From the NCBI RefSeq assembly GCF_032191835.1, contig NW_026800229.1, positions 310,001 to 374,000 of the forward strand: a stretch of DNA of 64,000 nucleotides. The letters are read 5' to 3'. Origin of the DNA: Heteronotia binoei. Taxonomy: Eukaryota. The notes under the pieces are model-generated. The model saw only the letters and a program-made list of their open reading frames with translations. It did not search any database and was not told where the DNA came from. A program made the translations under genes and the position numbers. This document shows, one piece after another, positions 11,901-21,418 of this stretch (the stretch's first letter is position 1; each line of letters opens with the position of its first letter).

Positions 11901-12689
11901 GTCTCCTTTTCTAAGAATGATACAGTGTCTTTATTTTGTAGTAAATCCTCATTAATTCTCCATCTTCTTGATTTTCTTTGCAATTTTGTTGACCAGCATA
12001 TTGGATTATGGTCCGCCCAAACCTTTGGAAGAATCTCAATTTTTTTTTGTTATGAGGCCCAAGCCTTGGGAACCCCACAACATGTCAATTCTGGAAAAAG
12101 AATTATGCCTTGCTGAGAAAAATGTATAGTCTCTTACCTCAGGGTTGAACTTTCTCCAAATGTCTTCTAGATTTTCCTGTTTAATCAACTCAAAGAAAGA
12201 ATTGGGCAGCTTCCCTTTTTTATCATTCTTCTTTGGACTTGATCTGTCAAGGTTATTTTGTATTGTCCCATTAAAATCGCCCATCATCAATACCTGGTCA
12301 TAAGTCTCTTCGTCCATTTGTCTATTTATGTCTTTAAAGAATTTGTCTTTCGCTCCATTGGGTGCATAGAGTCCTAGTAGTAACGTTTTTTTCGCCTCTA
12401 TCGTCACCTCAACAGCAATGTATCTTCCTTCTTTGTCCTTAAAGATTAATTTTGGGTCAAGTTGTTCTTTAATGTAAAAAACCACCCCTCTTTTCTTTTG
12501 CTCTGCTAGTGAAAAAAATTCCAACCCCAAATTTCTATTCCACAAAAATTTACTGTCCTTGCGTTGTATATGAACTTCCTGTAAACAAATTATATTACAT
12601 TTTTGCTTTTTAATCCAATGAAATGTTCTCCTTCTTTTCTGTGGTGAATTTAGTCCATTTATATTCCAAGATAGTAATTTGTACTCCAT
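8942..12689 (-). pseudogene. L1 ORF2 (APE endonuclease, RT, CCHC knuckle) split by one extra A in an A9 run at 12040-12048
   Basis: APE motifs SWNINGLN, LQEVH, YAPN, GDFN, SRID, and WADH after the frameshift. RT motifs QGCPLSP and FADD. CWKCKKHEGSFFHMWWTC knuckle. Removing one base gives 1248 aa. Confidence 0.9.
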
Positions 12690-13444
12690 TATGATGTTGG
12701 TTCTTTATTTTCTTCAAAAAAGCTATGCATCTCTTGTTCGCTTCTTATTGTAATCCTTTTGCCATTTTGTTCAAATCCAAGACCCTCTGGTATTATCCAT
12801 CTATATCTTGTGCCCTCTGCACGCAACTGATCGGTTAGCTTCTTGTACTTTTTCCTATCGCTGATCACTTCTCTTGGTAGCTCTTTCATTATTTTAACTC
12901 TGCTCCCTTCTATTGCCCAGGCTTTTTGGTACCCTTTCCTCAAAATTTTCTCTGCCACTTCTTTTGATCTTAATCTTATGACGATGTCTCTTGGCAGACC
13001 TTTATTTTTCGCATAAACTGAGTTGACTCTGTAGGCACCCTCCAACATACTCTTAAATCTGTCAGGGTCTTCTTCTATGTACTCAGTGATGATATCCACC
13101 ATATAGCCTTTTAAGTCTGTGTCTTCTTTTTCAGGTACCCCTCTTAGACGCACTTGTGACTCCAGCAACTTACAGTCGTGTATTATGACCTTTTCTTGAA
13201 TTTTTAGCAAGGCAGAGGCCTGTGTATCCACTTTCATCTCTACCTCTTTCACTTTATTTTGAGTCTCTTCCTTAAAATTCTCTATCTCCTTCTTAAGGTC
13301 TCCAACTTCTTTTTTAATATCTTTTTTTATTGCCAAATGCAATTTGTCCATAGCTTTTAACATTTTTGCCTCCAGAGCGTCAAATTGAGCCTGCATCTTG
13401 TCAAATGATTGGGCTCTTGCACGTGTTGTTCTTTCTACTGACAT
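12689..13444 (-). CDS. L1 ORF1 RNA-binding protein (251 aa from ATG at 13444)
   Basis: Coiled-coil-like N-terminal half, RRM-type VRLRGVPE motif, uninterrupted frame. The stop overlaps the ORF2 start as TAATG. Confidence 0.9.
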   Translation of the reverse strand: MSVERTTRARAQSFDKMQAQFDALEAKMLKAMDKLHLAIKKDIKKEVGDLKKEIENFKEETQNKVKEVEMKVDTQASALLKIQEKVIIHDCKLLESQVRLRGVPEKEDTDLKGYMVDIITEYIEEDPDRFKSMLEGAYRVNSVYAKNKGLPRDIVIRLRSKEVAEKILRKGYQKAWAIEGSRVKIMKELPREVISDRKKYKKLTDQLRAEGTRYRWIIPEGLGFEQNGKRITIRSEQEMHSFFEENKEPTS

Positions 13445-15039
13445 ATAAAAAATCACCAAACCTTAAAAAAATCCCCACATAAAATTTAGCATCCAATCCA
13501 ATAGCTTAGAGCCAGTTCTTTCAGATGAGACTAGTTTCGTTTTTCTCCCTTCTTCCTGAGCAAAGATATTGAATTTTAACAATTTTGACAGTTTTTCTCC
13601 CTTTTAAAATGGCAATCGTTATTTCTCTATGGTACAGTTCCAGCCTAGAGAGGTCTCTCTTCGTCTTTCTTGATCTGAGTCTTGGACTCAATTCCTTCCT
13701 AGTTCAAAGGTCGGATGTCACAGCTCTTGTTGTCCTTATAGGCTCTGATTTATTGTCCAGCCCCTTTTAGTTTCACTTCCTGTCACAGCTTAGACTGATC
13801 TCGTGTCTAATCTCGCAGTTTTTTGAGCTGCATGAAGAAACCACAACCACAAAAATTCACAACAATATGTCCTTTCTCCAAAATATCTTTGAAGGCAATT
13901 GTTTTTACGGCGTTCAGTTTTCCCAAGCTGAATTCTTTTCCTGCTGTGCCCCCACTCAGCTCAGTTCATTCTAGGTTCTGCAGTTTATGGGCATATATAC
14001 ACGGCAACTCTCTTTTCTTTCTTCTGCGTCACCAGCCTCCCATTGCCAACTTTCACTCTTATCTTGAAAGGTTTTTTTTTTTTTTTTGCTGTTGTTCACA
14101 TCCAAAGCCACAGAGCTCAGCTTAACAAGGTAAAAGTTTTTTTTCATTCAATTATACTTTGCCTTCGTCTGTTATTAATCCACTCAGTGTTTAAACTATA
14201 TTCAAAGTCTCTCAGAGTGAAGATAAGAATGATGAGTCTACCTTTTAGATGTTCTCAACTCCCCCGGCTGCTATTTTCTTGCAATTAAAATCAGTCCTTC
14301 TAGCGTGCTTGGATTCCGACAGCCTTAAGTGACCGAAGTCACTTTAGAGTCACTGCAGACGATGGTTGACATTCCATTGCCGGACATCAAGAAATGAAGG
14401 AGTCAGTTCCCTGACTGCTCCAGTTCGATATCAACAGCATTAAAGGAAGATAAGTCGTCTTGGGTTAACCCTTGCCTAGGGTTAATGAGCATAGACCTTA
14501 TCAGGGGTCTTTAATACCCTGAACAGTGACAATAAAATCCCCCTCTGTTAGGGAGCTGCAGACTGTCTTCCAGCCAAACAGGAAGTTCATGGCTTCTCTT
14601 ATGTTCTTATGTTCTTAATCTCGGTTTGCCAGGTCTGAGCAAGAATGTAAGTGATGCAGGGCATTCTGAAGGTCCACGTGTTGGAAGCAGCGGTTAACAC
14701 AAACTGGTGTGCATGCACATTCTAATAAAGCAGAGGGCAAAAAGGGAGCGGCAGAAATGAATTGCAGGAGTGGAAAACAGCAGCTGGCCCCATCAGCTCC
14801 AGCCGGGGTGGGGTGGGGGGCTTGGGAGTTCTCTGGCATCAAGCCCCAATGTCAAGGAAAGGACGAATGGGCAGGGAAGACACCCGGAAGTCCAAGGAAT
14901 GGATTGGGGGGGGGGGATCCTTTCATCCCTCTTGCTCACAGCCCTTCTCTGTCCCGTGCGGAGGGGCGGGCAGCTTCCAAGACCCCTCCCACTGTGGACA
15001 AGCAGAGAGGCTGGTGGGGATGGTAGAACTGCACTTTTA

Positions 15040-15420
15040 GAACCAGTTTGGGGCACTGGTTAAGAGTGGCAGACTCCAGTTAGGACAACCAGGACTGATT
15101 CCCTGCTCCTCCTCCACATGCAGCCAGCTGGGTGACCTTGGGTCAGTCACAGTTCTCTTCGACCTCTCTCAGCCGCACTAGCCTCACAGGGTCTCTCTGG
15201 GGAGAGAGGAAGGGGAGCGGATTATAAACCACTTTGAGACTCCAAGTGAAGGGCAGGTATAAATCTAATCCTCCTCCTCTTCTTCCTTCTTTCCACAGGG
15301 AGTGGGGAGAGGAAGGGAAGGGGATTATAAACCACTTTGAGACTCCAAGTGAAGGGCAGGGTATAAATCTAATCCTCCTCCTCTCCCTTTCCTCCCTCCT
15401 CCTCCTCCTCCTCTTCGTCT
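15040..15420 (+). mobile_element. Older Squam3/MIR-like SINE with duplicated tail
   Basis: Head AGAACCAGTTTGGGGCACTGGTTAAGAG, core GGGTGACCTTGGGTCAGTCACA, and a tandemly repeated tail ending TATAAATCTAATCCTCCTCCT. Confidence 0.6.
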
Positions 15421-15726
15421 TCTTCCCACGAGGAGTCTCTTCACACACCATTCCCTTCCCTACATCTGAGGAAATGATGCCCCCCTGCCCTGTGGTTTGA
15501 TGCCACTGGATTTTGCCAGTCTTGGGGCCAGAAACTTCTGTCCTTGCATTTGTCTTCAAGAGGCCCTTCCACTTACCCCAACCCTCCTCCTTCTTTCCAG
15601 CCTCGTCACCCACTGGCTGATTCCACGACCCGGCCCCTGCCCAGCTCTGTGGTCCTCCTGGGGGCTTCTGTGTCTCCCCCCTCCTCATGGCTCAGCCCTG
15701 AAGCCTGCTGCCTCAGCCTCAGGAGA

Positions 15727-16659
15727 ATGGCAGAAGTCAACCTCACCCTCTTCCAGCCTGCCACGTTCCACCTCACCGGCTTCCCGGGCCTGGAGCGTCT
15801 CCACCCCTGGATCTCCATCCCTTTCTGTGCCTTGTACTTCTCCTCCATCCTGGGGAACTGCACCATTCTCCTCATTGTCCGGCGGGACCGGCGCCTGCAC
15901 GAGCCCATGTATTTCTTCCTGTGCATGCTGTCCCTGAACGACCTGGGCGTCTCCCTCTCCACCCTCCCCACCGTGCTGCCCCTCTTCTGCTTCGGCCTCA
16001 GCGAGGTGGCCTTCGACGCCTGCCTGGCCCAGATGTTCTTCATCCACTCCTTCTCCTTCATGGAATCCGGGATCCTGCTGGCCATGGCCTTTGACCGCTT
16101 CGTGGCCATCTGCAACCCACTGCACTACTCCTCCACGCTGACCACCCCCCGTATCTCCCGGATCGGGCTGGCTGTTGTCCTGAAGAGCACCGCCATGCTC
16201 TTCCCTTTCCCCTTCCTCATCAAGCGCTTGCCCATCTGCCGCTCCAACCTCCTCTCCCACGCCTACTGCCTCCACCCGGACATGATGCGGCTGGCCTGCG
16301 CCGACATCACCGTCAACAACATCTACGGCTTCTTCGCGGTCCTCTTCACCTACGGCCTGGACTCCACCTTCATCGTTTTGTCCTACCTCATGATTCTGAA
16401 GGCCGTCTTGAACATCGCCTCCCGGGAGCAGCGCCACAAGGCCCTCAACACCTGCGTCTCCCACATCTGCGCCGTCTTGACCTTCTACGTCCCCATCATT
16501 GCCGTCTCTGTCCTGCACAGGTTTGGGAAAAGCGCCCCTCCTGTGGTGCACATCATGATGTCCAACATCTACCTCTTTGTGCCTCCCTTGCTGAACCCCG
16601 TCATCTACAGCGTCAAAACCAAGGAGATCCGGAAGAGAATCTTCAGAAAGTTTGTCTGA
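15727..16659 (+). CDS. Class I olfactory receptor, OR51-like (310 aa), receptor 1
   Basis: N-glycan site NLT, TFHLTGFPG, LHEPMYFFL, MAFDRFVAICNPLHY, HAYCLHPD, KALNTCVSHICAV, HRFG, PPLLNPVIYSVKT. True ATG at 15727. Confidence 0.95.
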   Translation: MAEVNLTLFQPATFHLTGFPGLERLHPWISIPFCALYFSSILGNCTILLIVRRDRRLHEPMYFFLCMLSLNDLGVSLSTLPTVLPLFCFGLSEVAFDACLAQMFFIHSFSFMESGILLAMAFDRFVAICNPLHYSSTLTTPRISRIGLAVVLKSTAMLFPFPFLIKRLPICRSNLLSHAYCLHPDMMRLACADITVNNIYGFFAVLFTYGLDSTFIVLSYLMILKAVLNIASREQRHKALNTCVSHICAVLTFYVPIIAVSVLHRFGKSAPPVVHIMMSNIYLFVPPLLNPVIYSVKTKEIRKRIFRKFV

Positions 16660-16867
16660 GCTTGTGCCCTGAGGCGAGAGGCAAAGAGGGGGGCCTGGAA
16701 GTCTCCCAGAAATCACCACTGATCTCAAAGCGACCCAGATCGGTTCCCATGGAGTGGATTGCACAGCACTGGACCCTTCTGAGGTACCTCACCTATTGGA
16801 CTAAACCCTGAAGATCTTTTTTGTGGAAGCCTGAACAATGCAAGAACAATTATTATTCAAAGGCTTC

Positions 16868-17023
16868 TTATTTATTTATTATGTTAAGCTTATATCCCGC
16901 CCTCTCCGCAAGTGGACTCAGGGCGGCTCACAACATCGCATTACTTCCATTAAAAACCAATAAAACATATAAAACATAATTACATATTTAAATTATTCAA
17001 AACATTTCATGGTGCTGTATTAA
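16868..17023 (-). mobile_element. Short L2-like 3' fragment
   Basis: TTTATTTATT tail plus ATATCCCGCCCTCTCC...CTCAGGGCGGCTCACA terminal motif. Confidence 0.5.
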
Positions 17024-17184
17024 TACAGCGTCAAAACCAAGGAGATCCGGAAGAGAATCTTCAGAATCTTCTTGATATTGAATTACAAAATGAAGAAGCC
17101 TTACTTCCAAAGAGTTATAGATGTTTAAAATCTTGGCCCAATTTTAAAGCGGCCCCCTACCTGTCCGATATTACACAAACTGAC

Positions 17185-18260
17185 TACACCAGTTTGGTGT
17201 AGTGGTCAAGTGCATGGACTCTTGTCTGGTTTGAGTCCCCACTCCTCCACTTGCAGCTGCTGGAATGCCCTTGGGTCAGCTGTAACTTTTGCAGAGCTGT
17301 CCTTGAAAGGGCAGCTTCTGGGAGAGCTCTCTCAGCCCCACCCACCTCACAGGGTATCTGTTGTGGGGGAGGGAGATCTTCAAAGAGAGCCAGTTAATGC
17401 AGTGGTTAAGTTTGTGGACTCTTATCTGGGAGAACCGGGTTTGATTTCCCACTCCTCCACTTGCACCTGCTAGAATGGCCTTGGTCAGCTATAGCTCTCT
17501 TATCTGGGAGAACCAGGTTTGATTGCCCACTCCTCCACTTGCAGCTGCTGGAATGGCCTTGGGTCAGCCATAGCTCTCTTATCTGGGAGAACCGGGTTTG
17601 ATTCCCCACTCCTCCACTTGCAGCTGCTGGAATGGCCTTGGATCAGCCGTTGCTCTCTTATCTGGGAGAACCGGGTTTGATTCCCCACTCCTCCACTTGC
17701 AGCTGCTGGAATGGCCTTGGGTCAGCCGTTGCTCTCTTATCTGGGAGAACGGGGTTTGATTCCCCCCTCCTCCACTTGCATCTGCTGGAATGGCCTTGGG
17801 TCAGCCAGAGCTCTCTTATCTGGGAGAACCGGGTTTGATTTCCCACTCCTCCACTTGCAGCTGCTGGAATGGCCTTGGGTCAGCCAGAGCTCTCTTATCT
17901 GGGAGAACCGGGTTTGATTCCCCACTCCTCCACTTGCAGCTGCTGGGATGGCCTTGGGTAAGCCAGAGCTCTCTTATCTGGGAGAACCGGGCTTGATTCC
18001 CCCCTCCTCCACTCGCAGCTGCTGGAATGACCTTGGGTCAGCCAGAGCTCTCTTATCTGGAAGAACCGGGTTTGATTCCCCACTCTTCTACTTGCAGCTG
18101 CTGGAATGGCATTGGGTCAGCCAGAGCTCTCTCTCTTCTGGGAGAGCTCTCTCAGCCCCACCCATTTCACAGGGTGTAATGGGGGCAAGAGAAAGGAGAC
18201 TGTGAGCCACTCTGAGATTCGGAGTGGAGGGCGGGATATAAATCCAATTTCTTCTTCTTC
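17185..18260 (+). repeat. Squam3-like SINEs with a second 79-bp array (~9 units, 17420-18130)
   Basis: SINE heads at ~17190 and ~17385. Same 79-bp unit as the 3195-4905 array. Confidence 0.9.
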
Positions 18261-19075
18261 TACCACTACCTATGAGCCCTATAGATGAGCATTTTCTAGA
18301 GCCATTTTGCGGCACTTCCTTCTGCTGCACTGCAAGGCAATCTTTTGTGTGTGCCACTGCAGGAACGGTTATGTCCACTGTAATGTATGTGGACTCAAGT
18401 GAGAACTGGGTTGGGTGTTCCTGCCAGGCTCATTGGAGCCTGATGGCCAGAGCTTGGGGACTTGAGAACAATGGGCTAACCCTAAAACCTGCTGCCCTGC
18501 TCCAATCACGGGCCCCCTACTAGTTTGAATGGACCAATCGAACGCTTGCACGGGAACACAGGTGTGTATATAGTTGGCCCCTTTGGGCCAGTTCAGTAGT
18601 TTTATGCTTAGCCTTGAATATGCTGAGATCAATAAAGAGCTGATGTTTGCACGACCACCTCCCCTCATCATTGTATCCAACCCACTATATTATATCCGTG
18701 TAAGTCCAATATGGTGGAATCCACCACCCATGTACTTCTGTATTGTAAACTCTGCCAGGAAGAACGGTCCCATCTTATATTACCACTTTTGTCTAAATGT
18801 AATCCTCTGAAATCTTATCTGAAATCTAGGCCAGAAGCTTTGTGTAACTTTCTCCTAGAACACTCTCAAAATTTCGTATCTTGTGCTGTGGCCAAATTCT
18901 GCGGCGTAGTGATCCGAAAACGTAAATCCCATGTAATGGAAGATATACTGTAACTTGTTTTTGCTTATTCCGGATTTTATGCTTAGTCTACCTCAGATTT
19001 TATTTTTGTATTCTCATTAATTCACTGGCTGTTGTTGGTGATCTGTTATTGCTTCTGGCTTCTGCCATAATAAAT
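18260..19075 (+). mobile_element. Old LINE 3' fragment (RTEX-like C-terminal zinc knuckle) interrupted by an LTR
   Basis: Joining across 18379-18694 restores ...QERLCPCKSNMVESTTHVLLYC... Confidence 0.5.
18379..18694 (+). mobile_element. Putative solo LTR
   Basis: Starts TGTAATGTA and ends in degenerate TATATTATA. Contains CCAAT, TATATA and AATAAA (~18631) in order. Imperfect TCCAC/TCCGT flanks. It splits a LINE reading frame. Confidence 0.5.
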
Positions 19076-19460
19076 ATTTGGACTGCAGGTCCCTCACCTT
19101 GCCTCACCTTGCCATGTCCCAACCCAAAGGTGGCTTCCTTGGTCCCTCCAGCCTCACCTTTCGGCCTCCATCAGCCCAGCCCCCCCGCCCTCCCCCCACG
19201 ATTGTCTTCGTTCACAGAGCAGCAGCTGGTTGGGATGGGGAACCTGCAAGGAGATGGTGCATGGTGTTGAAGTAGCAGATGTTGGCATTTCAAATATTGC
19301 TTCAGGATACATTAAAGCACACACATGTACTACGGTTGCCAATCCCCAGGTTGGGCAGGGGATCCCCCCGCTTCAGGGTCATCAGAAAGGGGGGGGGTGG
19401 CGGGAGGGAAATGTCTGCTGGGCACGCCATGATTCCCTATGGAGACCGATTCCCTTAGGG

Positions 19461-19596
19461 CAGGGGTGGCCAACGGTAGCTCTCCAGATGTTTTTTGCAT
19501 CCAACTCCCATCAGCCCCAGCCAGAATGGCCAATGGCTGGGGCTGATGGGAGTTGTAGGCAAAAAACATCTGGAGAGCTACCGTTGGCCCCCCCTG
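19461..19596. mobile_element. Palindromic hAT-type MITE
   Basis: TIRs CAGGGGTGGCCAACGGTAGCTCTCCAGATG. 8-bp TSD CCTTAGGG/CCATAGGG. Confidence 0.8.
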
Positions 19597-20280
19597 CCAT
19601 AGGGTACAATGGAGAATTGATCTGCGGGTATCTGGGGCTCTGGGGGGCTGTGTTTTGAGCTAGAGGTACCATATTTTCAGCATAGCTTCCAGTGTCTCTC
19701 CCCAAAGTCCCCCCAAGTTTCAAAAAGATTGGACCAGGGGGTCCAATTCTATGAACCCCAAAAGGAGGTACCCCTGTCCATTATTTCCAGTGGAGGGAAG
19801 GCATTTAAAAAGGGTGCGGTCCCTTTAAATGTGATGGCCAATACTCCCTTTGGAGTTCAATGGTGCTTGACACACCCTTGCTCCTGGCTTCACCCCTGAA
19901 GTCTCCTGGCTCCACCCCCAAAGTCCCCAGATATTTCTTGAACTGGACTTGGCAACCCTAACATGCACACACCCCTTAAACTTTTCAGTCCAAAGCTGCT
20001 TTTCAGGTAGTGTGGTGCAGTGGTTAGTATATTGTGCTAGGATCAGGGAGACCCGGGTTTGAATCATCCCAGTGCTGTGGAAGGTCACTGGGAGAGTTTG
20101 GGCCCTTCAGTGACCTGTCTGGAAGGAGGAGAGGAGGTCGGAGGTCAATGTCCGTTGCTGCTGGTCCCTGGTGGGAAGACAGGAACTTTGGAAGAAATAA
20201 GCGAAAAAGAAATATGGCCACCTTCAAGATGTTTGTTTACACCCTGGAATATTTTGAGCCCTCCTTCCTCATGTTTAGAC

Positions 20281-20416
20281 CAGGGGTGGCCAATGGTAGC
20301 TCTCCAGATGTTTTTTGCCTACAACCCCCATCAGCCCCAGCCATTGGCCATGCTGGCTGGGGCTGATGGGAGTTGTAGGCAAAAAACATCTGGAGAGCCA
20401 CTGTTCCCCACCCCTG
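20281..20416. mobile_element. Palindromic hAT-type MITE (same family as 19461)
   Basis: Same TIRs. 8-bp TSD GTTTAGAC/CTCTAGAC. Confidence 0.8.
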
Positions 20417-21079
20417 CTCTAGACCCAACAACATGCTGTGGGGAGGGGTAGAGACTATTAATTTAAATTTTGGAATGCAAATAAAAATAAAGAGCATTTG
20501 CCCACCTACTCCCTCCCCTTCTCATGCATCATCTTTGTTTCATTTCTGCACCCAGACTGGAAGCCATCTTTGGGAATGAACGGCAAGCAGAGCGTCAGGT
20601 CAACTTTGCCCTCTAATGACGGCCCAGGGAGTTGTCTGCATTTGGGGGGGTGGGTGAAGTCCCTCTTTGTCCCTCTGAGGGCTCTGGGGAGGTCTGCCTT
20701 TCTGTCCTTCAGAACCCGCCTTTGGGGACTTGGGGTGGGGCTTCAAGTGTAGATGGGGATACATGCGATGCTTGCAGTGCCTCCTCCCCTCATGCTCCAC
20801 CATCACTTTCGCATTGCAAGAGGTATGATGCTACCTTATATGTAAGAAGACAAGTGCCCGCCCTTCAAAGACTTCCAGAGAACCATCCTGAGCCCTTCCC
20901 CCATCTCCTCTTCTCCAGACTGACCCTTCCCAAATCCCCCCAGCCTCCCCTCCTAAGACTTCTTGGTCTCCAGGCTCCTGAGCAACCTCCTGCCCCAGAC
21001 GGAATTCTTGATCTTCAACCCCTGCTTTCTTTTCCTCCCCACAGAACAACCCCCGTGGAGAAACGCCTTCTGTCCTACG

Positions 21080-21253
21080 TAGGGCTTTTTTTGTAGCAGG
21101 AACTCCTTTGCATTATAGGTCACACCCCAATGATGTAGCCAATCCTCCAAGAGTTCACAGGGCTCTTCTTACTGTAAGCTCCAGGATGATTGGCTATATC
21201 AGGCGGGTGTCGCCTAATATGGAAAGGGGTACCTGCTGCAAAAAAAGCCCCTG
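21080..21253. mobile_element. hAT-type MITE specific to copy A
   Basis: TIR AGGGCTTTTTTTGTAGCAGG. TSD GTCCTACG/GTCCTATT. Empty site ATCCTACT in copy B (~35410). Confidence 0.8.
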
Positions 21254-21418
21254 GTCCTATTGAACACTTCTGTGTCTCAGGATCCTGTGTTATTGTTAAG
21301 GATCTCTCTCCTCCGTCTCCTCCCTCCCATCAAGATTTATGGTATCAAAACTGAGGGCAGAGGCCAGAAGAGCTATAGTTCCCTCCCACGCCCCCGTGCT
21401 TGGGTTGTAAGGTTCTTC

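Larger units (their letters stand above)
8746..14587 (-). mobile_element. Full-length L1-clade LINE (5842 bp)
   Basis: Perfect 21-bp TSD CATGGCTTCTCTTATGTTCTT (8725-8745, 14588-14608). ~1.14-kb 5'UTR beginning AACTTCCTG, then ORF1 and ORF2. AATAAA at 8759-8764 (minus strand). Confidence 0.95.

Noticed and set aside
12036-12050. Programmed ribosomal frameshift between L1 endonuclease and RT
   Set aside because: It would need a +1 shift. L1 ORF2 is normally one frame, so a one-base homopolymer indel is far simpler.
15685-16764. 359-aa antisense ORF and similar shorter ones opposite the other receptors
   Set aside because: Shadow frames produced by the high third-position GC of the receptor genes.
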